DNA of 64,000 nt from a virus. The translations under genes and the position numbers were made by a program. The notes beneath the pieces are model-generated. The model did no database searches. It worked only from the letters and a program-made list of their open reading frames with translations, and was not told the DNA's origin. Each line of letters starts with the position of its first letter. The first letter of the stretch is position 1. The stretch spans positions 118,758 to 182,757 of IMG/VR virus record IMGVR_UViG_3300022701_000122; one strand, given 5' to 3'. This document shows, one piece after another, positions 44,450-54,288 of this stretch.

Positions 44450-44887
44450 TTCATTAGGGAGAGATGGGTGGGAAGAGTACAGAGTAGGAGGAAGTAACAA
44501 GATTTATTGTGTTACACGCTTATAATAATAGATATAGGATCTAAGTTATAGATCTGATTTCATACATATCTACGTATTATAAAGCGTGTCGTGAAATACT
44601 CGGAACCTCACCGACTTGGCACATCAATAAGTCCATTGTATTCGGTGTGGGTGGATTGGGGTGGCATATTAATAAAAAATTATATTATTAGTTAGTACTA
44701 TAGAGTAAGTATTTAGTGTACTGATTATATCTAATTTATAAGATTAGATATAATTAAGTTGATCTAAATTAAGATTTAGATCAACATGCGACGGAAAATC
44801 CCGACAAGGACTTCGCATAGTAGTAAGCTGGAACGGTGATATGATTCTGCGATTTATATATTATAGAATAAGCAGAATCATATCACT
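44450..44887 (+). ncRNA. Further structured non-coding segment
   Basis: ACACGCTTATAATA/TATTATAAAGCGTGT long hairpin; perfect 15-bp GTGATATGATTCTGC/GCAGAATCATATCAC hairpin; G-rich tracts. Confidence 0.45.
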
Positions 44888-44971
44888 TTCAGTTATTAAT
44901 ATTTTTTAAAATTTTATTTTTTATTTGAAAAGTAATACGAATAGGACAAATACATAAATTGGGAGATTATC

Positions 44972-45124
44972 ATGGGTTTAGTATTACCATTATTAATTAC
45001 TGGTTCAATATTATGTTTATCTAAAACTTTTAGAAAGGAGGCATCAGAAACAATATTTGGACTTATTGGTCTATCTGATATCTTTGAACGCGAAATAAAA
45101 GATGAAAATTTAAAAGAAGATTGA
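44972..45124 (+). CDS. 50-aa membrane-anchored protein, not in the ORF track
   Basis: GGGAG SD; MGLVLPLLITGSILCLSKTFRK... Confidence 0.55.
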   Translation: MGLVLPLLITGSILCLSKTFRKEASETIFGLIGLSDIFEREIKDENLKED

Positions 45125-45253
45125 TAATGATGATTAATTGAAACATCATCATTTATATTGTAAAACAAAGAATCTATAGATGAAATATAAAAAAAATCAC
45201 ATGATAATTTTATTATAGTAAAAATGTAGTAAATATTATTTGAGGAAAATTAT

Positions 45254-45814
45254 ATGGCAATATTAAATGATTTTGTATCGGAAAAAGTTATTTTTGATAA
45301 TGCATTTGCAAAATTACTATTAAATGAGAAGCTTGTGGCTACATACATGGGCGAATTTGAAAATAGAAGAGAAGAAGATTGGCGAGATAAAGAATGCACA
45401 CAATGTGCTCCAGGTAATCCGTGCAAAAAACATAATCTTCTTTCAAAACTCTATGATTGCGATAAATGTATAAAATTCAAAAATGTGAATAATGGATATA
45501 CAGTATTCATGACAAAGTTTTTTATATTTAAATATAATGAACCTGAAAACTTACTTATATTCATAGATTGCCCTCCTTTTCAACTTGATGATTCAAATAA
45601 TAGTGATCAATTATCAGATTTATGGATAAGAAAAATAACACCATTCACTGTAAGAGTTGAAGATTTCAATATGCCTGAAGTTGTTCAAGTAATAGATTTA
45701 CAAATGATACGACAGTATCCAATGTTGACTATTCTATCATCGAATCATGTATTAGAATTACACAATGTGAAGAATTTATTTCGATGGAAATTAGTTAAGA
45801 AAAATCACTACTAA
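45254..45814 (+). CDS. Cys-containing hypothetical protein
   Basis: CTQC...C...CDKC; GAGG SD. Confidence 0.75.
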   Translation: MAILNDFVSEKVIFDNAFAKLLLNEKLVATYMGEFENRREEDWRDKECTQCAPGNPCKKHNLLSKLYDCDKCIKFKNVNNGYTVFMTKFFIFKYNEPENLLIFIDCPPFQLDDSNNSDQLSDLWIRKITPFTVRVEDFNMPEVVQVIDLQMIRQYPMLTILSSNHVLELHNVKNLFRWKLVKKNHY

Positions 45815-45845
45815 AAAAGTTTAAAAAATATATGGAGAGAGACGT

Positions 45846-46556
45846 ATGCAATTTTACAACCCAAAAATGTCGTCGTTAAAAGTTGGAGTAACGCTTGTTA
45901 AGGGAAACATTCAAATTGAAATGGCAAGAGCGTTGAATCCGCAAGCACAAGGAAGGCCACAAGCAGGAGCAAAAGTATTTGATTGGAACAACAAAAATTT
46001 CTTTTCTCTATCACCCGGAGAATGTGTAGGAATAACAAGAAGTTTTGATCGAATATTACAGGGAACATATGAAGATCCAGATCCAAAAGCACCACAAGAT
46101 CTGAAAAATGTATTCAAAGTAACGCATTTCAGACAAAATCAACCATCCAGACTATTTCTCGCTCCTGGAAAAGACCCTCAAGGCAATCTTAACGGATGTA
46201 TGCTTCTTACCACATTGCCTCCACAGAGTGAAGGACAAAACATATCATTCTTGCTGAGAGGGCAAGAATTGTTGCTGTTTAAATCATATATTGAAAACGG
46301 CGCACGAATGCTTCCATTTATTCATGACTGCTTTGAAGCTGTTGATAGAGCAAAGAAGTATAAAGAAAATCAACAGAATCAACAGGGAGGTCAAGGTGGA
46401 CAGCAGAGTGGTGGTGGATATGGTGGATATGATCAGAACTATAGTGGAGGTGGTGGACAACAGAATCAACCACAACAAAATAGTGGTGGTGGAGGACAAC
46501 AAACACCACCACAAGAAAATGTTGATAATATAGATAATCAAGATTTTCAGTGGTAA
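45846..46556 (+). CDS. Putative single-stranded DNA-binding protein, Whirly/PC4-like
   Basis: KVFDWNNKNFFSLSPGE resembles Whirly YDWxxKQxFSLSxxE; Gly/Gln linker and acidic-aromatic tail (DNIDNQDFQW). Confidence 0.6.
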   Translation: MQFYNPKMSSLKVGVTLVKGNIQIEMARALNPQAQGRPQAGAKVFDWNNKNFFSLSPGECVGITRSFDRILQGTYEDPDPKAPQDLKNVFKVTHFRQNQPSRLFLAPGKDPQGNLNGCMLLTTLPPQSEGQNISFLLRGQELLLFKSYIENGARMLPFIHDCFEAVDRAKKYKENQQNQQGGQGGQQSGGGYGGYDQNYSGGGGQQNQPQQNSGGGGQQTPPQENVDNIDNQDFQW

Positions 46557-46586
46557 TATAATCCACTATACTCATAATATATAATA

Positions 46587-46623
46587 TAGAGTGGTGCGTT
46601 GATGTTTAACTCACCACTCTATT
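46587..46623 (+). terminator. Hairpin, possible terminator
   Basis: ATAGAGTGGTG / CACCACTCTAT. Confidence 0.5.
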
Positions 46624-46640
46624 AATTCGTAATAAGGTAT

Positions 46641-48482
46641 ATGCTTATGGATATTTATGGAACTGAAGATATAGTTGTAATGGATGAAATCAATCATATT
46701 CGTCATAATACGGGTATGTATTTAGGAAGTACTGAAACTGCTACGAGATTAGCAGAAGAATTAATCGATAATGCTCTTGATGAAGTTCAAGCTGGCTACA
46801 GTGATATAATTGGTGTATTTATTGATACTGAAAATAAAGAATTTAGAGTATTAGATAATGGTAGAGGTATGCCATTTGATCCTGATCTTCCAGAAGAAGA
46901 AGATCCACCCATTTCTACTTCTCTTAAACTTTTTTCATCTGGTAAATTTAATAAAGACAAAAAAGATTCTGCTTATAAGATAGCGAGTGGATTACATGGA
47001 ATTGGAAATACAGCAGTTAACGCAGTATCTGAATATTTTGAAATAGATATTTATAGAGATGGAAAACGTGGAACATATTCATTTAAGAATACATCTGACT
47101 ATTCACGAAAGTTTGAAACATATAATGGTAATCCACCATATTCAACTAAAGTAACTGTAAAACCATCTTCTAAATATTTCAATGATACTGGTGTAGATTT
47201 AGATGTAATTGAAGAAAAATTAAGAATTGCATGTTCAAATTATCCAAAACTTAGAATTGTATATCGAGTAGATGGAAATGATGTTGTTATAAATACAGAT
47301 AGAAATGATCTTATAAAATATTATCTAACAAAACATATAGATAATATTGAATGGTTTGAATTTACTGTAAAAAAGGGACCAGAAGAATGTTTTCTTAAAA
47401 TTGGATGGGATGATCATCCACCAATTGCTACAAAATCATTCACATGTGTTAATTTAGTACGAGTACATAGTGGCGTTCATATAACTAAGTTAACAAATGA
47501 ATTAAAATCTGTATTTGAGCGAATTGGAAAGAAACATAAAGCAGAATATATTCCAGAAGATTGTCTTGCAAATCTTCGTATATTCATGGATCTTAAATTA
47601 ATAAAAACATCTTTTGAAGCTCAAGTTAAAGTTAAACTTGAGTCCAAAAGTGATTTATCAGTTTTGGATAAAATACTTAATAGAGAATTATTTAATTATT
47701 TTTCTAAGAATAAAGAAATAAGAGATAAATTAATAGAACGATTCGAATTGAGAAGAAAATCAATTCAAAATAGAGCATTGAAAATTGAGAAGGGAAATGG
47801 AACTGGTACAAAACGTGGATCAACTAAATTCACTAAATTATCAGATTGTAAAAGTAGAAAGAATTCTGAATTGATAATCGGGGAGGGTGATTCTGCAATA
47901 GGTGGTCTTATTCAAGTAAGAGATAAAAAACATCATGCCATACTCCCTCTTCGTGGTGTAATACCAAATGCAATGATGAAGAAAACAGATGAATTAATAA
48001 AAAATAAAGAAATAAAAGATATAGTGAATGCTGTTGGAACTGGAATACTTGATAATTGTAATATTAAAAAATTACGATATGATAAAATATTATTAGCAGC
48101 AGACGCTGATCCTGCTGGTCGATTCATTACAGTTCTTCTTATTGCTCTTTTTGCAAAATTGACTCCAGATATTATCAAAAATGGAAATCTTTATATTTGT
48201 ATTATTCCATTATATGGTGTTCGTAGAAATAAAAAATTGGTTCCAATTTGGACAACAAATGAAAGAAAAGAAGCATCAAATAAAGGAGAAAAGATATATA
48301 GATTTAAAGGATTAGGAGAATTCTTACCAAAAGATTTGAAACGACTTATACTGGATAAGAATACGAGAAAAATAAGAAAAGTAACATGGACCAGTAATAT
48401 TGATAAAATAACCGATTTATTAACATTAAGTTCTGAGAAACGGAAATTAGCTATGGGAGAATGGAAAATAGAAGAAGATTAA
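46641..48482 (+). CDS. Type IIA DNA topoisomerase, ATPase/TOPRIM (B) subunit
   Basis: ELIDNALDE, DNGRGMP, SGLHGIG, EGDSA, PLRG, DADPAG, YRFKGLGE. Confidence 0.95.
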   Translation: MLMDIYGTEDIVVMDEINHIRHNTGMYLGSTETATRLAEELIDNALDEVQAGYSDIIGVFIDTENKEFRVLDNGRGMPFDPDLPEEEDPPISTSLKLFSSGKFNKDKKDSAYKIASGLHGIGNTAVNAVSEYFEIDIYRDGKRGTYSFKNTSDYSRKFETYNGNPPYSTKVTVKPSSKYFNDTGVDLDVIEEKLRIACSNYPKLRIVYRVDGNDVVINTDRNDLIKYYLTKHIDNIEWFEFTVKKGPEECFLKIGWDDHPPIATKSFTCVNLVRVHSGVHITKLTNELKSVFERIGKKHKAEYIPEDCLANLRIFMDLKLIKTSFEAQVKVKLESKSDLSVLDKILNRELFNYFSKNKEIRDKLIERFELRRKSIQNRALKIEKGNGTGTKRGSTKFTKLSDCKSRKNSELIIGEGDSAIGGLIQVRDKKHHAILPLRGVIPNAMMKKTDELIKNKEIKDIVNAVGTGILDNCNIKKLRYDKILLAADADPAGRFITVLLIALFAKLTPDIIKNGNLYICIIPLYGVRRNKKLVPIWTTNERKEASNKGEKIYRFKGLGEFLPKDLKRLILDKNTRKIRKVTWTSNIDKITDLLTLSSEKRKLAMGEWKIEED

Positions 48483-48502
48483 ATATATAAGTAAATGATT
48501 AT

Positions 48503-49075
48503 ATGGATAAAGATAGAGCAGAAATTTTATTGAGAAAATATATGTTATCTGAATTAATGGAATTGATAAAATTAACATACGATGAATATTATAGTAAATT
48601 AAATGCTAATCCTTATAGAAGAGAATACCATAAATATAAAGAATATAATAATAAATTATTGCTTGATACAATATTAAATTTAACAAATAAATTATATTAT
48701 TTAATATATAAAAATTCTAAAAATTGTTTTGAATTTTGTAAAGGTGTAATGATATCACCAGATGTGTTTATATCAAAAGTAGATGAAAAATGTGTGTTTG
48801 ATCATATAAAAGCTAATGATATATATACTGTTATATTATTATGCGGAATATCTACAACTTATACTATATTTTATCAAAACTATATAAATCGTAAATCATT
48901 ATATTCAAATGTTATACATGGCGGAAATAGATATAAACATGAATTATTTAATATCGATTATGATTTTCACCATTCTGATTATATTAAATTAATATTTGAT
49001 TTAAAAATGGATGTTTCTCGTATAAATATAAATTGGATATATAAGAATATTAATAGTAGAGGTATAATTATATAA
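48503..49075 (+). CDS. Hypothetical protein, C-terminal motif family; paralog of 49087
   Basis: Y(M/L)LSEL, FC.GVM, ND.YT..LLCG; ends INSRGIII. Confidence 0.7.
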   Translation: MDKDRAEILLRKYMLSELMELIKLTYDEYYSKLNANPYRREYHKYKEYNNKLLLDTILNLTNKLYYLIYKNSKNCFEFCKGVMISPDVFISKVDEKCVFDHIKANDIYTVILLCGISTTYTIFYQNYINRKSLYSNVIHGGNRYKHELFNIDYDFHHSDYIKLIFDLKMDVSRININWIYKNINSRGIII

Positions 49076-49086
49076 ATGAAGATAAA

Positions 49087-49665
49087 TTGGATTTAATGGA
49101 AGTATTAATATCGAATTATTTGTTATCTGAGTTGCACAACATCATAAACAAAGCATCGAGAAAATATGTAGAAAAATTTGGAAAATGTATCGATCCATAC
49201 AGTAAAGATTTTCCAAATAGCAGAAATGAATTAATAATTGAACAACTTGTATATGTAACTAAAAAACTATACGAATTAATAAATGAAAAATCATGTGGTG
49301 ATTTTATTTATTGTAGAGGTGTGATGGCAGATCCATCTATATTTATCCGACACTTTAAAGATTCGTTATATTTATTAGATTTTATAATCCTTAATGACCC
49401 ATATACATTTGTACTACTTTGTGGTGTACCTGGAAATTATGCAGAATTTTCTAAACATATTAGAAAAGAAACAAAAAATGATAACTTTGTATTCGATGAT
49501 CATCGTGAACTTGGTTTTATATATGAAAATGATGCATTTATTATAGTTTTTAAAGTTGAACATGGTGAACCATTATATTCTTCGTTTTATCCTAATGTTA
49601 ATAGAACTAATATGAATGCGCATGGGATATATTCAATAATTAATAGTAAAGGCTTAATATTATAA
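49087..49665 (+). CDS. Hypothetical protein, C-terminal motif family; paralog of 48503
   Basis: Shared blocks; ends INSKGLIL. Confidence 0.7.
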   Translation: MDLMEVLISNYLLSELHNIINKASRKYVEKFGKCIDPYSKDFPNSRNELIIEQLVYVTKKLYELINEKSCGDFIYCRGVMADPSIFIRHFKDSLYLLDFIILNDPYTFVLLCGVPGNYAEFSKHIRKETKNDNFVFDDHRELGFIYENDAFIIVFKVEHGEPLYSSFYPNVNRTNMNAHGIYSIINSKGLIL

Positions 49666-49711
49666 TATAAGAAAGGAAATATATTATTTATGTGAGTAAA
49701 AGGTAATTAAT

Positions 49712-50086
49712 ATGGAAACAGCTACTATAAGAGAAGTGAAGATTATAACTTGTCCTCACTGTTCATCCGATATGGTTTTAAAACATGGTAGATTTGGTTG
49801 GTATTATGGATGTTTAAAGTATCCAAAATGTAAATCAAGTATAAGTGCTGATAGATACGGAGAACCAAGAGGAAAACCAATAAACGATACAGAATTAAAA
49901 AAATTAAGAGTAGAAACTCATAACTACTTAGATCTTATTTGGAAAAATGGTATTATGTCAAGAACGCGAGTATATTTAAACTTGTCTAAATTGCTCGATA
50001 TACCCTATAAAGATTGCCATATATCCAAATTTGGGAAAGAAACTTGCTTAAAAGTAATTGATCTCGTCAAAGCAGGGAAGATTTAG
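49712..50086 (+). CDS. Topoisomerase C4-type Zn-ribbon protein
   Basis: CPHC..MVLKHGRFGWYYGCLKYPKC; CHISKF. Confidence 0.75.
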   Translation: METATIREVKIITCPHCSSDMVLKHGRFGWYYGCLKYPKCKSSISADRYGEPRGKPINDTELKKLRVETHNYLDLIWKNGIMSRTRVYLNLSKLLDIPYKDCHISKFGKETCLKVIDLVKAGKI

Positions 50087-50089
50087 GAG

Positions 50090-51466
50090 GTGTACATATT
50101 GGATACTATTATAAAATCGTTATACTATAGCTATGCAAAATATGTGAATACTTCAAAAATGATACCATCTATTCTCGATGGATTAATCCCAATTCACAGA
50201 AGATTATTATTGACGGTTCATAGATCAGCTAAAAATAAGTTTGAAAAAACGGTTAAAATACTTGGTAATACTTCTGCCAGACTCCACCCATATGCTCTGG
50301 CAGAAGTTCCAATACAAACATTAGTGTCCAACGGGTTGGTTCATGGATCGGGGCAGTGGGGACTTTCTATGGGAATTGAGAAGACAAATGCTGCTGCTCC
50401 AAGATATACAAGTGTTAAATCGAATCCATTTATTGAAAAAATAGCATTTGAATATATTGATTATGTTGATTGGATAGATGGTGAACTCGATGGTGAAGAG
50501 GAACCGATTTCTCTTCCAACAACAATTCCATTATGTCTCATATCAAAGTTTGATTTAAACACGATAGCCTTTGGTTTCAAAGTAGATTTACCAACATACA
50601 AAATAGAAGATTTAGTAAAAAGATTATTATTTCTTATTGGTGAATCGAAGGAGGATATATTTATAAAACCAAGTCTCCCTGGATGCATAGCAATATCAGA
50701 TGATAAATTATATAAGAAACTTCTTAAAGACGGTTCAGCTAAAATAGAATTTAAGGGAGAGTATTATAATGATAATAAGAATTTTGATGTGATGGTTAAA
50801 GGGTTTGATAATAGAACATCTTTTGAGAAGATATGGAATAAAATAGATAGATATAAAAAATATAATCTTGCAAGTGATGGTAATATCTCATTTGTTGATG
50901 AAACTGGTGATGAAAAAGAAGATGATTATGAAGATTTAGATATATATACTGAAAAGCCACCTCGTATCAGAATCAGTGTTACCAGAAAAAGAAATAAGAA
51001 AAAAATGTTTGATCAAATGGTGGATGCTGTAGATAATGCTCTTACATTCACACGGTCATACAATATAATGGTTGTTGAAGATGATACTGTCAAAAGTATA
51101 GGCGTAGATGATTTTCTATTATCTGCATATAATCATTTTAAAGCTGCTAAAGAGAAATATCATAACTTACAAATAGAATCACTAAATAAAAAAATAAAAG
51201 AGTTAAATATAGTTGGTAAAATAAGACCATATATTAGTCATCTTTCTGAAACTGGCTGGAAAGATGAATATATCGATGATATATCTCATAAAATATATGA
51301 AAGTAGAGAAGATATAGAAAATATAATAAATAAATATAAGATAAAGAAATTATTAACTGTTGAATTAGATATACATGAATTAGAAAATAAAGTTAAAGAT
51401 AATGAGTCAAAATTAAAAAATATAAATAATGAATGTGTAAAAATATATAATGATATTATAACTTGA
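50090..51466 (+). CDS. Type IIA DNA topoisomerase, breakage-reunion (A) subunit, no C-terminal pinwheel domain
   Basis: DGLIPIHRRLL, AAAPRYT (catalytic Tyr), 458 aa. Confidence 0.9.
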   Translation: MYILDTIIKSLYYSYAKYVNTSKMIPSILDGLIPIHRRLLLTVHRSAKNKFEKTVKILGNTSARLHPYALAEVPIQTLVSNGLVHGSGQWGLSMGIEKTNAAAPRYTSVKSNPFIEKIAFEYIDYVDWIDGELDGEEEPISLPTTIPLCLISKFDLNTIAFGFKVDLPTYKIEDLVKRLLFLIGESKEDIFIKPSLPGCIAISDDKLYKKLLKDGSAKIEFKGEYYNDNKNFDVMVKGFDNRTSFEKIWNKIDRYKKYNLASDGNISFVDETGDEKEDDYEDLDIYTEKPPRIRISVTRKRNKKKMFDQMVDAVDNALTFTRSYNIMVVEDDTVKSIGVDDFLLSAYNHFKAAKEKYHNLQIESLNKKIKELNIVGKIRPYISHLSETGWKDEYIDDISHKIYESREDIENIINKYKIKKLLTVELDIHELENKVKDNESKLKNINNECVKIYNDIIT

Positions 51467-51484
51467 TTATAGGAGAACTTCAAA

Positions 51485-52531
51485 ATGTCAAAAAAATTAG
51501 AAACGTTTAATACATTTAACGATTTAATAAGAAGTATATCACTTGGTAGAATTAGTATTGATATTTTAAAAGATACAATAAATAAATTGGATACTATTAT
51601 TAAGAATACGTCATATGGTATATCTGAAATAAAATTTGAAGTTAATAAATACATGTATAATTCTTATAATGTTAGAATAAAAGGTACTGATGATTTATTA
51701 AATCTTATAAAATGGCGAATAATGAAATTAATGCCAAATAGAAAAATATATAATTTATATGGCAATATATTTGATATCAAAACAATGGGAAAATCATTAG
51801 ACTTAATAACTGATTATAATATCGATTCAAATTTACCAGAAAATGATGAAAAATTATTCACATTTATATCTGAATATGTAGATTCAAATAAAAAAATAAA
51901 CGGCTATACATCAATTCGTCAGTTATCATCAATTGCAGAATTTTATCATAATCAAAATGAACGAGAGCATATATGTTTTTATTGTGGAAATAGAAGAGAA
52001 GAATTTGGTAAACTACATAATAATGAATCTGATGATATTGGTTTAGTTACAGATTATATACCATTATGTAATGATCATATTATACCAGATACATATATGA
52101 ATATAACAAAAATATTTAGATTCTGTTCGTCGCATAATTTATATGGATATAATGGAAAATGTATGTATGTTCATGGTCATGATTATAAATTAGAAGTTAC
52201 ATTAAGATTACCAAAAGATTATTATGGATTTACTATAGATTTTGGAAAATTAAAAGATAAAGTAAATAAATATATAGTAGATAGATTTGATCATTCTTAT
52301 GTTAATCAAATTTTAAAAGATGTTAATCCAACTGCTGAAAATATTATTCTTTATATATGGTTGGTATTAGAAAAAGAAGCATTGTTAAAGGGATTATATA
52401 AATTGAGATTATGGGAAACTACAGAATCATATGTTGATTTAGAATATAATGATATTTTAATGTCTGATTATAGAAATTCATATATATCTGATAGGTATAT
52501 ATATGTTCCTGAAATGGACGATGATTCATAA
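51485..52531 (+). CDS. queD: Fusion: unknown N-terminal domain + QueD (6-carboxytetrahydropterin synthase)
   Basis: ITKIFRFCSSHNL...KCMYVHGHDYKLEV...IDFGKLK...FDHSYVN...NPTAENI...LWET. Confidence 0.85.
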   Translation: MSKKLETFNTFNDLIRSISLGRISIDILKDTINKLDTIIKNTSYGISEIKFEVNKYMYNSYNVRIKGTDDLLNLIKWRIMKLMPNRKIYNLYGNIFDIKTMGKSLDLITDYNIDSNLPENDEKLFTFISEYVDSNKKINGYTSIRQLSSIAEFYHNQNEREHICFYCGNRREEFGKLHNNESDDIGLVTDYIPLCNDHIIPDTYMNITKIFRFCSSHNLYGYNGKCMYVHGHDYKLEVTLRLPKDYYGFTIDFGKLKDKVNKYIVDRFDHSYVNQILKDVNPTAENIILYIWLVLEKEALLKGLYKLRLWETTESYVDLEYNDILMSDYRNSYISDRYIYVPEMDDDS

Positions 52532-52543
52532 AATTAAAAAGGG

Positions 52544-52810
52544 TTGATAATGAAAATAGACAATGAACCTAAAATCATGATGATTCATGATGAAGAACTT
52601 GGATTAATCAATATATTAAATATGGTTATAGAGCATATTACTGCAATGGGTAACTATTTAAGTTATGATTCTGCATTATCATTTTATCATGGTGCAAATA
52701 AAGCAATAGAAAATAATGATTATAAGTTTTATGGACTTGATATAACTAAAAAAGCTAAAGAAATAAAAATGATGATAGAAACTGGTGTACAGGGTGATAA
52801 TTTTGAATAA
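52544..52810 (+). CDS. Hypothetical protein
   Basis: ORF. Confidence 0.65.
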   Translation: MIMKIDNEPKIMMIHDEELGLINILNMVIEHITAMGNYLSYDSALSFYHGANKAIENNDYKFYGLDITKKAKEIKMMIETGVQGDNFE

Positions 52811-52824
52811 AAAAGGAAGACGTT

Positions 52825-54273
52825 ATGTTGGATAAAATAGGGGGGATATTATTACCAAGAAATCATAATCGTTTTGAGCAAATAAGAAGCGATCTTGATA
52901 GAACAATTCAGGGGTGGGATAATTCAGTTTCAAGAATAAAATTTTATGCAGAATATGATAGCAATAATATACTTATACCTCGAAATTATCCCATCACTTC
53001 TGAACCAATTGTTGACTTCACTATAAAAGGCGAAAAGATTGATATAAATTCGAAAATTGTTCCAAGAAATAAGAGACAAGAAAAAGCTATTAATTTTTTA
53101 GTAGCAAACACAAAAGGCGTACTTCAATTAGAACCTGGTTCTGGCAAAACAGTCATAACTATTGCAGCTATATCTAAAATAAAAAGAAAAGCAATTATAT
53201 TTGCTCATAAAGATAAATTATTGAAACAATGGGAAAATGAGTTTCTTAAATTTACTGATCTTAAAGAAGATGATATAGGGAGATTATCATCTACAAATTA
53301 TGAAAAAGTATTAAATAAAAAAATAATACTATCTACTCCACATGTAATATATACTGCTGTAAATAAAGAAAAATTAGATTTTTTAAATGCATTGAAGAAT
53401 TCAGATATTGGTGTTGGAGTAGTTGATGAATGTCATGTTGGGGTTGGACCAGAACAATTTTCTAAAGCTGTTCTTCATTTGACATGTCATCGTTTATATG
53501 GATTATCTGCTACTCCTACTCGTGAAGATGGACAAGACGATATTATATGTTATTATCTTGGAGATGTTAAATATTTCCCACAAGAAGCAGATGAGCGACT
53601 TGATCCATTTATTTATGCAGTTAAATTTAATTTTGGAATATATGATAGATATAAGAAATATTTATCCTGGGGAGGTAAATTTATATTATCACGATATTAT
53701 AAACAAATGCATAAGATAGATCATTATATAAATAATACAATATATCTTATTAATGAAGCATATGATAATAATAGACCAACACTTATACTTGGAAAAACAA
53801 AAGATTGTTTGATTACACTTGCTGATAAATGTAATGCTGACAATAAAGATATTGGTCTATTTGTACCAACTTCTACCAAAAAAGAAAGATTAAAAGTATC
53901 TGATACTGATGATTTGGATGTTGCATTTTATGAGAAGAAAATTGTATTTGCAACATATGCTGGTGGGAGAGATGGAAATAGTAGAGATGAGTTTACATGC
54001 TTTATAATGTCAACACCAACAGGTAATATAGATCAAGCAATTGGTAGAGTTCAAAGAGTTATACTGAATGAACATGGAAAAAATATAAAGAAGAATCCAC
54101 TCGTATTTGATCTTGTTGATACAGGTGGTCCAGTTGTTAGAGTACCAAAATATAGTCCAGATTATGATCCAAAGATTATAAAAAATACCACTTGGTTTGA
54201 AAGAAGTTATACCAAGAGAAAAATGACGTATGAAGAAAGAAATTGGCCTGTTAAAGAAATGATAGTAAATTAA
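52825..54273 (+). CDS. Superfamily 2 helicase (UvsW/XPB-like)
   Basis: EPGSGKT, DECH, GLSATPTREDG, QAIGRVQR. Confidence 0.88.
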   Translation: MLDKIGGILLPRNHNRFEQIRSDLDRTIQGWDNSVSRIKFYAEYDSNNILIPRNYPITSEPIVDFTIKGEKIDINSKIVPRNKRQEKAINFLVANTKGVLQLEPGSGKTVITIAAISKIKRKAIIFAHKDKLLKQWENEFLKFTDLKEDDIGRLSSTNYEKVLNKKIILSTPHVIYTAVNKEKLDFLNALKNSDIGVGVVDECHVGVGPEQFSKAVLHLTCHRLYGLSATPTREDGQDDIICYYLGDVKYFPQEADERLDPFIYAVKFNFGIYDRYKKYLSWGGKFILSRYYKQMHKIDHYINNTIYLINEAYDNNRPTLILGKTKDCLITLADKCNADNKDIGLFVPTSTKKERLKVSDTDDLDVAFYEKKIVFATYAGGRDGNSRDEFTCFIMSTPTGNIDQAIGRVQRVILNEHGKNIKKNPLVFDLVDTGGPVVRVPKYSPDYDPKIIKNTTWFERSYTKRKMTYEERNWPVKEMIVN

Positions 54274-54288
54274 AAAAGGGAAAATAAA

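Noticed and set aside
42942-44887. tmRNA, RNase P, SRP or c-di-GMP riboswitch identity for the ncRNA units
   Set aside because: No tmRNA acceptor/T-arm end, no GAGGAAAGUCC, and only isolated GAAA/GACGCAAA fragments; cannot be supported without a covariance search.
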